Source of the DNA: Candidatus Cloacimonadales bacterium
GTDB taxonomy: Bacteria; Cloacimonadota; Cloacimonadia; Cloacimonadales; JAIOQZ01
Assembly: GCA_963674825.1 (NCBI GenBank)
Contig: OY771587.1
Location: forward strand, 736,001 to 800,000
Length of the DNA stretch: 64,000 nucleotides
Direction of reading: 5' to 3'
Made by a program: the position numbers and the translations under genes. Positions 39,990 through 49,606 of the stretch are shown here, in pieces. How positions within the stretch are numbered: position 1 is the stretch's first letter; the number at the start of each line of letters is the position of its first letter. The notes beneath the pieces were generated by a model. That model was given only the letters and a program-made list of their open reading frames with translations. It was not told where the DNA came from and searched no databases.

Positions 39990-42900
39990 ATGAATTGGAG
40001 AATCTTGCTTCTCGCTTTGATCACGCTCTCGGCTGTCAGCCTGAGCGCGGACGTGATCATTAATGAGATCATGTATAACACCCCCGGTAACGACAACGAA
40101 TGGGTGGAACTTTACAACGATGGCGAAGCAGCTGTCGATCTGGAAGGCTGGTGGATGGTTGACGACGATGAGGCGCATACAGCGCTCGTCTTCCCGAGTG
40201 GCTATTCGATTGCTGTCGGTGAATATTTCACCGTTGCGATCAGCCATCACGAGCTTGCCGATCCATTCCCCTTCACACCAGATTTTGACTGGACCGATGT
40301 AAGCGACTGGAACCTCGGCAACGGTACGGATGAAGTCAACCTGTACGATCAGAACGATGTGCTTGTCGATCAGGTTATCTACGATGATGGCGATCCGTGG
40401 CCGACAGCGCCGGACGGAGAAGGTCCATCTCTCGAACTGATTGATCCCGAAATGGATAACTCCCTGGCAACAAGCTGGCAGGCGAGTTACGTCGATGGCG
40501 GAACCCCCGGAGAAGCTAACTCCCAAGCCGAAATGCCTATCTTGACGATTGAACCGTCTTTCTACGATTTTGAGACCGTGGAAGCCGGAGAAACCTACGA
40601 AGTCACGCTTACCCTTTACAACACGGGTACGCAGCAGCTCTCCCTCGAAGGCGTCGAATATCCTTCGGATGAGTTCGACCTCAACGAGCTGGATCGTAAT
40701 CTCGATTTACCGCAGACCATCGAAGCCGGTGAAAGTATAACTGCCGTCCTCAGCCTTGACCCGAACGATCCCGTTCGCGACTATGTATTCGAAGATGTGA
40801 TAACTTTCACGGGTAACTTCGAGACAGTAGAATTCGAAGTCAGCTACACCATCGTTACAGAATCGGTTGGTATCGTGATCAACGAGATCATGTACAACTC
40901 GCTCAGCTATGACAACGAGTGGGTCGAACTTTACAACGACAGCAACGACGCTGTGGATCTCGAAGGCTGGTACATGATCGACGACGACGAGACGCATACC
41001 GCGCTTGTATTCCCGGCAGGTACGACGATCGCTGCCGGCGAATATTTCACCATAGCGCTTTATCACGACCCTCAGGCAAGTGAGTTCCCATTCACACCTG
41101 ACTATGACGCTACAGAAATCATCGACTGGAACCTCAACAATACAACGGATACGATCAACCTCTACGGTCCCGACGACAATCTCGAAGATGTCGTGACCTA
41201 TGCTGATAGCGGTGAATGGCCGACCCTTCCGGATGGAAACGGCCCCTCGCTCGAGCTGATCGATCCCACCTACGACAACAACCTGGCTGCAAGCTGGCAG
41301 GCAAGCGCTGACGACGGTGGCTCACCCGGCGAAGAGAACAGCGGCGGCGGACAATTCATCGAAGTCTCGACCATCGCGGAACTGCGTGCACAGGAACAGG
41401 GTTCGAATATTTATCGTCTTACTGGCGAAGCAATCATCATCTTCCAGCAAGACTGGCGTGGCCAGAAATGGATTCAGGATGAGACTGGCGGCGTTCTTAT
41501 CGACGATAACTCTGGTATTGTCGCCACTGAATACAATCTTTGGGACGGTATGACCAACGTTACCGGAACCATCACCGAATACGGCGGACTGATCGAATTC
41601 CAGCCCACCGAAGATCCGGGCGCAGCAAGCTCGACGGGCAATGTTATCGTTCCCGAAGCCGTTACCCTCGCTCAGCTCACCAGTAACTTCGATGACTACG
41701 AATCCGAATTGATCCAGGTTATCGACCTCGAGTTTGCCGACACCGGCACATTCGCCAACGGTACCGTTTACAGCGTGACCGATCCGAGCGGAACATTCAA
41801 CTTCCGTACAACCTTCTACGATGCTGATTATATCGGATCCGAAATTCCGCAATCTGCCACCAACGTGACCTGTATCCCGAACTCACGTACCGACGGCGAC
41901 TACATCTCCGCTCGTTATCTGAGTGACTTCGGTTCGGAAGGTCCGGCTCTGACGGTATCTCCATCTTCGATCGCGTTCGGCGCGGTTCTGCTCAACGAAA
42001 CCGAGATGGAAAGCTTCAGTATGATCAATTCCGGTACTGAAGACGTCACGATCAGCTCGATCACGACCCAAAGCGCCATCTTCACCATCACAGCCGATGA
42101 AGAAGGCAACACGTTCACATTCCCAATCACCATCGAGCCCGGTAATGTCGAACTCGCTTATGTTTGGTTCACACCTGAAGAAGTGACAAACTACACAGAC
42201 CAGGTTACCATCGGCAGCAACATCGATGACGTTGTAGTCAACCTTTCCGGTAGTGGTAGCGCTGGCCTGGCAAATGTCGTGATCAACGAAATCATGTACA
42301 ATCCTTCGGGCGACCAGGGCGATGACGATTACTACGAATTCATCGAGCTCTATAACAACGAAGAATACGAAGTCGATCTCTCCGGCTGGAACTTCCCGGC
42401 TGGAATCGAATTCACCTTCGATAGCGGTGTAACCCTTGGCGCAGGTGCATATCTGATTATCGCTAAAGACCCCACCTCGATCGAAGAATACTGGAATATT
42501 ACCGGTGTTTACGGTCCGTATAGCGGTAACCTCGGAAACAGCGGTGAGTTGGTTCAGCTCGCGGACGCTGACGGCGCTATCGCAGACTACGTCGAATACC
42601 TCGATGTAGCGCCATGGCCCACAGGCCCCGATGGCAACGGCCCTTCTCTCGAATTGATCGATCCCACGTATGACAACAGCCTCGCGGAGAACTGGCAGGC
42701 AAGCTCTGATCTCGGTGGTACTCCTGGTGCAGTTAACAGTGATGGCGGACAGCTGATCGAAGTTGCCAACCTTGGCGAGCTTCGTCAGCAAGAAACTGGC
42801 TCGAACGTCTATGTAGTGACCGGTGAAATCATCCTCACCTATCAGCAGGAATATCGCTACCAGAAATACTTCCAGGACGACACGGGTGCGATCCTCATCG

Positions 42901-43646
42901 ACGACTTCAATGGCATCCTCGCAACCGCATACAATCTCTACGATGGTATCACCGGCCTGACCGGTACGATCACCGAATACGGCGGAATGCTTGAATTCCA
43001 GCCCACGCTGGACCCTGGCGCTGCCACCTCCACCGGCAACGAAATCACACCGCAGATGGTGACCCTCGCCGAATTCAACGCTGACTTCGATGAATACGAA
43101 GGCGAATTGATCACAATCGCCGGACTTTCTTTCACTGATACCGGTGTATTCGAAAACGGTACTGAATACGAAGTGACGGACAACAGCCGCGAGACCGCGA
43201 CCTTCCGCACAACGTTCTACGATGTCGATTACATCGGAACCGATATCCCGCTCGTGCCCAGAAACGTTACCTGTATTCCGAACTCTCGCACGGAAGGCAA
43301 CTACCTCACAGCACGTATGGAATCCGATTTCGGCGATGTCGGAAACAACGAAAATGATCTCCCCGCGAACCAGACCATCCTGGCTGGCAACTATCCGAAC
43401 CCGTTCAATCCTACTACTACCGTTCGTTTTGCCCTCAAGGATAAATCGAACGTGACCATCAAGGTCTATAACATCAAAGGTCAGTTGGTCAAGACACTGG
43501 TAGATGGTAAGATGAGCGCTGGAACGCACGAAGTTGTGTGGGAAGGGCAGGACAACCGCAACCGCTCCGTTGGTTCCGGTGTCTATATGTTCCGTATGGT
43601 TACACCAGAATACGAGAAGACCATCAAATCGCTGCTGCTGAAATAA
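39990..43646 (+). CDS. Large secreted/surface protein with three lamin-tail domains, two Ig-like (ASH-type) domains, two repeated OB-like modules and a FlgD-Ig/T9SS-type CTD
   Basis: Three copies of (I/V)INEIMYN..E(W/F)xELYN..GPSLELIDP..GG(T/S)PG, two copies of 'ELR..VTGE..QD.TG..LIDD..FRTTFYD', and a terminal GNYPNPFNP..YNIKGQLV. Confidence 0.85.
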   Translation: MNWRILLLALITLSAVSLSADVIINEIMYNTPGNDNEWVELYNDGEAAVDLEGWWMVDDDEAHTALVFPSGYSIAVGEYFTVAISHHELADPFPFTPDFDWTDVSDWNLGNGTDEVNLYDQNDVLVDQVIYDDGDPWPTAPDGEGPSLELIDPEMDNSLATSWQASYVDGGTPGEANSQAEMPILTIEPSFYDFETVEAGETYEVTLTLYNTGTQQLSLEGVEYPSDEFDLNELDRNLDLPQTIEAGESITAVLSLDPNDPVRDYVFEDVITFTGNFETVEFEVSYTIVTESVGIVINEIMYNSLSYDNEWVELYNDSNDAVDLEGWYMIDDDETHTALVFPAGTTIAAGEYFTIALYHDPQASEFPFTPDYDATEIIDWNLNNTTDTINLYGPDDNLEDVVTYADSGEWPTLPDGNGPSLELIDPTYDNNLAASWQASADDGGSPGEENSGGGQFIEVSTIAELRAQEQGSNIYRLTGEAIIIFQQDWRGQKWIQDETGGVLIDDNSGIVATEYNLWDGMTNVTGTITEYGGLIEFQPTEDPGAASSTGNVIVPEAVTLAQLTSNFDDYESELIQVIDLEFADTGTFANGTVYSVTDPSGTFNFRTTFYDADYIGSEIPQSATNVTCIPNSRTDGDYISARYLSDFGSEGPALTVSPSSIAFGAVLLNETEMESFSMINSGTEDVTISSITTQSAIFTITADEEGNTFTFPITIEPGNVELAYVWFTPEEVTNYTDQVTIGSNIDDVVVNLSGSGSAGLANVVINEIMYNPSGDQGDDDYYEFIELYNNEEYEVDLSGWNFPAGIEFTFDSGVTLGAGAYLIIAKDPTSIEEYWNITGVYGPYSGNLGNSGELVQLADADGAIADYVEYLDVAPWPTGPDGNGPSLELIDPTYDNSLAENWQASSDLGGTPGAVNSDGGQLIEVANLGELRQQETGSNVYVVTGEIILTYQQEYRYQKYFQDDTGAILIDDFNGILATAYNLYDGITGLTGTITEYGGMLEFQPTLDPGAATSTGNEITPQMVTLAEFNADFDEYEGELITIAGLSFTDTGVFENGTEYEVTDNSRETATFRTTFYDVDYIGTDIPLVPRNVTCIPNSRTEGNYLTARMESDFGDVGNNENDLPANQTILAGNYPNPFNPTTTVRFALKDKSNVTIKVYNIKGQLVKTLVDGKMSAGTHEVVWEGQDNRNRSVGSGVYMFRMVTPEYEKTIKSLLLK

Positions 43647-43666
43647 TCCACAGCGATCATCATATC

Positions 43667-43697
43667 AAACGCCCGTCCACTCGGATGGGCGTTTTTT
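43667..43697 (+). terminator. Intrinsic terminator
   Basis: AAACGCCCGTCC-ACTC-GGATGGGCGTTTTTT. Confidence 0.85.
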
Positions 43698-43784
43698 CAT
43701 GCCACATTTGCTTCTGGGATTCCATCAACAAATATTCATTGACACCGGGCACTGATACCGCATGCTTCAGAACAAGGAGCTTCA

Positions 43785-45839
43785 ATGGGACAAACAACGC
43801 GTAAATTTTTACAGGAAAAAGCAGCCATGATTCTAACGGCCAGCCTGGTGGTTCCCATCACCGTCTTTCTGGTAACAGGCTATCTCCTGCTGAGCACCAT
43901 CGTGAAACAAAAGGATATCACCAACCTGAGCAGCCTCGCTCAGAATGTGAAATTCCTGGAAAGCAAGCGCACAAACCAGTCGATGCAGAAGCAAATTACC
44001 ATCACCGACACACTGAACACGATGTTCGAGATGAAGATTGACGGTCAGTTCCTGAACTTCCTTACTCGCGAAAATCCCGATCTCGATTCTTACATCCTGC
44101 TAACGCCCAACCGTGTTATCGGCTCGGGAATTCAGCTTAGCAACGAGCAGCGTGAAAAGCTGCTGGAGATCAGCCATGAGCAAAAAGAGGGCGCCGGTTA
44201 CTACCTCGGGGGGGGCAAGCGCTACATCATGACCTATTCTGTGATCGACGAAGAGGATATCGATCCTACGATCCTGGTGCTTTACTGGAATTATACACTG
44301 CCCGAGAACCTTTATATCAACACGCTTAAAAACTTCCATACCATGCGTATCGACTGGGACCGCATCAAGACGGCTTCAACCGATAAATACGAGACCGAAC
44401 GGCGCTTGATCGACAGCATTATATCATCCTCGGACGGTATCTTCATCGAACAGCTCCCGGATAACATGCTTTCCGCGCACTTCTTCCTGAACGACATCTT
44501 CGGCAAGCCCATCGCGATTGTCACCATGCAAACCGAACGCTACTTCGTTCTGCAAATGAAGCGACTATTCTGGATCAGCGGTCTTTCGCTCTCCTTCCTC
44601 TCGATCATCTCCGCACTGCTACTTGCACGCAAAGCAGCTTCGTTCCTGATGAATCCGGTGGAAAAACTCAGTTACCAGATGAACCAGATCGCCAGCAACC
44701 CGGTTCGCTCCGATGAAATCCACGGCGAAGCATATTCGCAGCTCGACTTGCTGGTCTCATCGTTCAATGGAATCCTACGCTCGTTCAAAGAATACTACGG
44801 CTCCGTGAAAAAGTACGAGACGATCGTCACAAATATCAAAGAAGGTATCTTCTGGAGCGATAATCAAGGCTTCCTGGTGATCTCGAACAAAGCATTCGAC
44901 GATATCTTCAGCAGCATGGGACCGGTTGACAACCTTTGCCAGATCTGGGGTTGTAATCCGGAAGAATTCCACGATAAAATCTCGGAGTATGAAGACGGAA
45001 AAGAAATCGAAGTGGATGGTCGTTATTACCTGCTGTTCGTGAACGAATACAGGCAGGATGATCAGGCCAATTTCCTTGGGCTCATCTCGGAGATTACCCA
45101 GCAGAAAGAAGCGGAAATCGAACGGAAACGGCTCGAAATGCAGCTTCAGACCTCGAAGAAGCTCGCTGAAATCGGGCTACTTATCGAAGGAATCTCGCAC
45201 AATCTCAATTCTCCGCTGCATAATATACTGGCATACGTGCATTTCCTGCGTAGCGAATTCGGCGACCATAAAGACCTGATGAAGCTACAAGATAACGGCC
45301 AGCGCATGGCGGAAATCATTAAATCGCTGATGAACCGGATGTCGGAAGCGGTAGTGTTTTCCGCACGGGCAATCGAAATCAATGAGCTGGTACGGTTGGA
45401 ACTCGCTTTCTTCGAGCACAATCTCTATTTCAAGAACAACGTTCGGAAGGTTATCGAATTGCAGGACGACCTGCCGCAAATCATGGCGGTTTATAGCGAT
45501 ATAAGCCAAGCGCTCTCGAACTTGATCTCGAATGCTGTGGATGCGGTGAAGACCACACATGACAAGGTCGTAACAATTCAGACTTTCATGCGGGACAATA
45601 ATTTGGTAATTGCGGTTGAGGACACGGGTATCGGAATTGCACAGGAAGACCTGCCCACCATTTTTGAACCCTTCCAATCATCGAAGGAGCAAACCAATGG
45701 TGTGGGAAGAGGTGTCGGACTGGCGATATCGAGACAACTTTTAGAGAGCTATGACGCGGTGATCACAGTCAATAGCACGCCCAACGTGGGGAGTCGCTTC
45801 GAGATCGTTTTTCCGGAAGATCGCTTCGTTAAAGATTAG
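43785..45839 (+). CDS. Membrane sensor histidine kinase (periplasmic sensor, HAMP, PAS-like, HATPase)
   Basis: Two TM helices, H-box GISHNLNSPL, NLISNAVDA, EDTGIGI, IFEPF and GRGVGL. Confidence 0.9.
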   Translation: MGQTTRKFLQEKAAMILTASLVVPITVFLVTGYLLLSTIVKQKDITNLSSLAQNVKFLESKRTNQSMQKQITITDTLNTMFEMKIDGQFLNFLTRENPDLDSYILLTPNRVIGSGIQLSNEQREKLLEISHEQKEGAGYYLGGGKRYIMTYSVIDEEDIDPTILVLYWNYTLPENLYINTLKNFHTMRIDWDRIKTASTDKYETERRLIDSIISSSDGIFIEQLPDNMLSAHFFLNDIFGKPIAIVTMQTERYFVLQMKRLFWISGLSLSFLSIISALLLARKAASFLMNPVEKLSYQMNQIASNPVRSDEIHGEAYSQLDLLVSSFNGILRSFKEYYGSVKKYETIVTNIKEGIFWSDNQGFLVISNKAFDDIFSSMGPVDNLCQIWGCNPEEFHDKISEYEDGKEIEVDGRYYLLFVNEYRQDDQANFLGLISEITQQKEAEIERKRLEMQLQTSKKLAEIGLLIEGISHNLNSPLHNILAYVHFLRSEFGDHKDLMKLQDNGQRMAEIIKSLMNRMSEAVVFSARAIEINELVRLELAFFEHNLYFKNNVRKVIELQDDLPQIMAVYSDISQALSNLISNAVDAVKTTHDKVVTIQTFMRDNNLVIAVEDTGIGIAQEDLPTIFEPFQSSKEQTNGVGRGVGLAISRQLLESYDAVITVNSTPNVGSRFEIVFPEDRFVKD

Positions 45840-46651
45840 CCGCGCAAAGCCTCACGCATTTCGAACATCTTCACACACTGATCCAGCAGCGCTGGCATAT
45901 CCGCAAGTGGAATCATGCTGGAAGCATCGCTGAGCGCTTCGATAGGAGCGGGATGTGTTTCGATGAAGAGGCCATCAACAAATCCGGTAGCAAGCGCTGC
46001 ACGCGCCATCATGGGTGCAAACTCAGGCGTACCGCCTGAAGTATGATGCAGGGACGGCTTTTGCATGCTGTGAGTCACATCATATACCACCGGAAATCCC
46101 ATGCCGCTCATGATCGCGAAGCTGCGGAAATCCACCACAAGGTCGTGGTAGCCGAAACTGGTGCCGCGTTCGGTGATCAGCACGTTGTAGTTATTCTCTG
46201 CCGTAACCTTCTGAGCTGCGTTCCGTATATCTTCGGGTGCCATAAACTGACCCTTCTTGATGTTGACGATGCGTCCCGTGGTGGCAGCTTTGCGAATGAG
46301 CCCAGTCTGTCGGCTCAGAAACGCCGGAATCTGGAGGATGTCGGCAACTTCCGCTGCTTCATCTACTTCATCGGTTTCGTGGACATCGGTAAGGATAGGG
46401 AATCCGAATTCGTCTTTCAGCTTCTTCAGCAGATTGAGCCCTTCGTTCATGCCGGGGCCCTGGAATGACATGACAGAAGTCCGATTCGCTTTCATGTAGG
46501 ATGATTTGAAGATAAATGTGATATTGCGCTTGTCGGTTTCTTTCTTGAGAACTTCCGCGGTTTTATACATAATCTTTTCGTCTTCCACCACGCAAGGTCC
46601 CGCGATGAGAAAGAGCTTGTCCTTCGCTCGCAATTGTTGGTACAGGTCCAT
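45836..46651 (-). CDS. kdsA: 3-deoxy-8-phosphooctulonate synthase
   Basis: LIAGPCVVE, KANRTS, QIPAFLSRQT, NIKKGQF, TERGTSFGY and DVTHS motifs. Confidence 0.97.
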   Translation of the reverse strand: MDLYQQLRAKDKLFLIAGPCVVEDEKIMYKTAEVLKKETDKRNITFIFKSSYMKANRTSVMSFQGPGMNEGLNLLKKLKDEFGFPILTDVHETDEVDEAAEVADILQIPAFLSRQTGLIRKAATTGRIVNIKKGQFMAPEDIRNAAQKVTAENNYNVLITERGTSFGYHDLVVDFRSFAIMSGMGFPVVYDVTHSMQKPSLHHTSGGTPEFAPMMARAALATGFVDGLFIETHPAPIEALSDASSMIPLADMPALLDQCVKMFEMREALRG

Positions 46652-46779
46652 GTTTATCCACCTTTTCGTGCACTTTCAAACCGTTTTGAAGAAGCTGTGG
46701 GTCTTGTCCAGCGTTTTCTCGCGAAATCCCGTTCAATATTCTACAAGAAATATAATCGGTTCAATTTCAGAAGGTTATC

Positions 46780-47130
46780 TTATACAAGTCTGCGACGACG
46801 CTGTATGCGACGGTGAATACGGTAGTTATTGGCTACAACGAGCAGATAGAGGAAGTTGCTGAGTAGAAGAACACCGACGATTTCTTTTCGAGCCTGCGGA
46901 TAGTACCATACCATCAACGCAAGAATCGGGATCAGCAAAAGTTTCAGCGTCACAAGGCCGCGTTTGACGCCGAGTTTCCTCAAAAGGAATCGTGCGACGG
47001 GATTTCGTTCGCTGCGTGTGGATGTGTTACTCACTACCAGGAACGTTGAGTGGACGTCAAGGATGTTGAGTGCGATAAACACGAAGAGCAGCAACAGAAA
47101 GATGGGAAGCGAGAATATGAGTGCTTTCAA
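46780..47130 (-). CDS. DUF5658-like small membrane protein
   Basis: LNILDVHST..ERNPV motif with three hydrophobic segments. Confidence 0.55.
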   Translation of the reverse strand: MKALIFSLPIFLLLLFVFIALNILDVHSTFLVVSNTSTRSERNPVARFLLRKLGVKRGLVTLKLLLIPILALMVWYYPQARKEIVGVLLLSNFLYLLVVANNYRIHRRIQRRRRLV

Positions 47131-47363
47131 TTCTTCTTATCCTGATCGACGATTACTTCTTTGTCGGGATCGAGGTTGTCCCGACGTTGTCGCTTCGATT
47201 GCTCACGAAGCCGTTGCCGGGCATAAAACCACAGGACAAGCAACACCGGCAGCGTTATGTACCACAAGCGCATCAACAGGTAGAAAAGCCGGGCTCCAAG
47301 CCTGAAAATCAGAAGCAGAACCAGCACGGCAATAAGGATTCTTACGATGTTCTTCAACATCAA
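47127..47363 (-). CDS. Small hypothetical membrane protein
   Basis: Two hydrophobic helices and a charged tail; 4-nt overlaps with fliR and the next ORF; GGAGG RBS. Confidence 0.6.
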   Translation of the reverse strand: MMLKNIVRILIAVLVLLLIFRLGARLFYLLMRLWYITLPVLLVLWFYARQRLREQSKRQRRDNLDPDKEVIVDQDKKN

Positions 47364-48142
47364 CCTCCAGTAGCTCTGATGATTCCCATAATATCCTCTC
47401 GGAAAGCATCAAAAAGATGCAGAAATACGGATGCAAAATATCCCCAATAGAACGTCAGCATATAGAACCCAACCAGAATTCCAAGCGGCATCGCCACAAT
47501 CAGCACATGCATGTCGGGGTTCAGCTTCGATAGCAGACCGAGGATAACACGCTCGATCAGCAGCACTGCGAACACTGGCGCACCAATCTTGAGCCCGATA
47601 ACGAATATCTCAGATGTTATCCGTATCATTTGATTCAACAATGGCGCAGGGAATGTTACCTCTGTCAAGGGAATGATGTAGAAACTATCGAATAGCGCTT
47701 GAAAGAAGAAAAGATGACCGTTCACAGCAAACAGCAGCAGCACCGCGACAAAGTATTTCATCTGCCCCAACACCTGTACGTTGTCCTCGCTGGTGGGATC
47801 GACGAGCGTCATCATGGAAAGACTCATCATTCGGCCCATCATGAAACCGGCCAGATGCAGCCCTTCGAAGATTATCCGACTCGCCACACCAATTATTAGA
47901 CCAACCAATACCTCCTTCCCTGTGTAGAAAATAAGATAAAGGAAGGATACGGGAAGAACATCCGGGATGGGTACGACACTGGCGGTAATAAAAGCGAGAA
48001 ACATACTCAAAGCCATGCGGAAACGGAGATCAATCGACGGCGAAGACAGCAGCGGCATTGCGGTAAGCATCGAGCCGATGCGCACAAGGATGAGCAGAAA
48101 CTGCTCCAGCTCGGCGAGCGTGATTCCAAGATATTCGAACAT
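47360..48142 (-). CDS. fliR: Flagellar biosynthesis protein FliR
   Basis: KEVLVG, LVDP, NGHLFF and GLKIGAP motifs; follows fliQ. Confidence 0.92.
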   Translation of the reverse strand: MFEYLGITLAELEQFLLILVRIGSMLTAMPLLSSPSIDLRFRMALSMFLAFITASVVPIPDVLPVSFLYLIFYTGKEVLVGLIIGVASRIIFEGLHLAGFMMGRMMSLSMMTLVDPTSEDNVQVLGQMKYFVAVLLLFAVNGHLFFFQALFDSFYIIPLTEVTFPAPLLNQMIRITSEIFVIGLKIGAPVFAVLLIERVILGLLSKLNPDMHVLIVAMPLGILVGFYMLTFYWGYFASVFLHLFDAFREDIMGIIRATGG

Positions 48143-48411
48143 CAGCGATTCATCGTTTGCAGTATGTTAATGATGTAATTCATGTACTCCATGAAACGAT
48201 TGAGCATCCAGGGGATTGTGAAGAGCATGACCAGCAGCACCGCAGCGATCTTTGGAATAAAGGTCAGCGTCATCTCTCGAATCTGAGTAACCGTCTGGAA
48301 AATCGAGACTAATAAACCGACTACCAAGCCTGTTACCAGTACCGGCGCAGCGATAATCATCGTGAAATAGAGCGTCCGTGACGCGATTTCGATTACCAGT
48401 TCTTGTGTCAT
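48142..48411 (-). CDS. fliQ: Flagellar biosynthesis protein FliQ
   Basis: GLLVSIFQTVTQIREMTLTFIPKI motif. Confidence 0.95.
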   Translation of the reverse strand: MTQELVIEIASRTLYFTMIIAAPVLVTGLVVGLLVSIFQTVTQIREMTLTFIPKIAAVLLVMLFTIPWMLNRFMEYMNYIINILQTMNR

Positions 48412-48419
48412 ATCATGCC

Positions 48420-49163
48420 TCAATTGAAGCTAAGTACCAGTGACTGGATCACCAGGAACCATCCATCCACCATTACAAACAGTAGAATTTTGAATGGAGC
48501 CGAGATCAGCACCGGGGGAAGCATCATCATACCCATGGACATGAGAATACTCGCGATGATCATGTCGATCATCAGGAATGGAAGATATAGCAGGAATCCC
48601 ATCTGGAATGCAAGCCTCAGCTCACTGATGGCGAATGCGGGGACGATCACGTGCAACGGCAGGTCTTCAGCGCTATCCGGCTTCTCCATGTGAGCGTTGT
48701 TTACCATCAAAGCCAGGTCCTTCTCACGCGTCTGCTTCAGCATAAACGTGCGAAGCGGCTGAACGCCCTTCTGGAAGGCATCCTGATGGCTAAGTTCACC
48801 ACGGAGATAGGGTTGCAGCGCAGAATCGTTAATGTCCTTGAAAACCGGTGCCATGACGAAGAACGTTAGAAATAACGCCAGCGCAATCACGATCTGATTC
48901 GATGGCGCAGATTGTGTACCGACAGCCTTTCTGACCATTCCCAGCACCACCGCGATGCGTGTAAAGGAGGTCATCAGCATCAGGATCGATGGCGCAACCG
49001 AAAGGACGGTGATCAGCAGCAGGATTTGTAGCGAAACCGCCACTTCCTGTGGATCTTCGGTGGCTTCGACACCCAGTGTAACACGCGGAAGCGCTTGTGC
49101 CTGGAGCATCCCAGCGAAGATGATCAGCAATAAAATGATAATTGGGATTGCCTTGCGTTTCAT
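48420..49163 (-). CDS. fliP: Flagellar export pore protein FliP
   Basis: MTSFTRI, PAFAISEL, MGMMMLPP and PFKILLFVMVDGW motifs. Confidence 0.97.
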   Translation of the reverse strand: MKRKAIPIIILLLIIFAGMLQAQALPRVTLGVEATEDPQEVAVSLQILLLITVLSVAPSILMLMTSFTRIAVVLGMVRKAVGTQSAPSNQIVIALALFLTFFVMAPVFKDINDSALQPYLRGELSHQDAFQKGVQPLRTFMLKQTREKDLALMVNNAHMEKPDSAEDLPLHVIVPAFAISELRLAFQMGFLLYLPFLMIDMIIASILMSMGMMMLPPVLISAPFKILLFVMVDGWFLVIQSLVLSFN

Positions 49164-49606
49164 TACTTCTTTCCGAACTTTTGAATAATGTCGCGGAACT
49201 TCACGGGTTCCAGCTTGCGATTCGATTCATCTATTTTCGCGAGAATATCGGGATCGGTGACCTTGTCGATAACATCGACGCGTTCAGCCGTCATCGCGAG
49301 TATATAAACCGCATCCAGCGATTTCACGATCACAATCGAGTTCTTCGCGTTCAGCGGCGTAACTTCCAATATCTGGGTGGTGTCCTTCAATTGCGAAATA
49401 CGGCGTCCCTGCAACGTGAAGCGCTTGAGTATCCACAGGAATGCGAACAACAGCACAAAGACCACAGCAAGCCCGAAAATTAACGTCCCCAAGCTGCTCA
49501 TGGTACTCGGTCCGTTGTATGCACCATAATTGGTCGTCGGTGTGTCGCTCTGCCCCATCAGAAACGTTGCGACAAGCAGGAAGATCAGGGCAACGAGGCT
49601 CTTCAT
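49163..49606 (-). CDS. fliO: Flagellar biosynthesis protein FliO/FliZ
   Basis: Single TM helix and a beta domain (ILEVTPL..SIVIV); lies between fliN and fliP. Confidence 0.8.
   Translation of the reverse strand: MKSLVALIFLLVATFLMGQSDTPTTNYGAYNGPSTMSSLGTLIFGLAVVFVLLFAFLWILKRFTLQGRRISQLKDTTQILEVTPLNAKNSIVIVKSLDAVYILAMTAERVDVIDKVTDPDILAKIDESNRKLEPVKFRDIIQKFGKK

Noticed and set aside
41883..43529. 548-aa antisense ORF within the LTD protein gene
   Set aside because: Shadow ORF from codon bias of the sense gene; no recognisable motifs.
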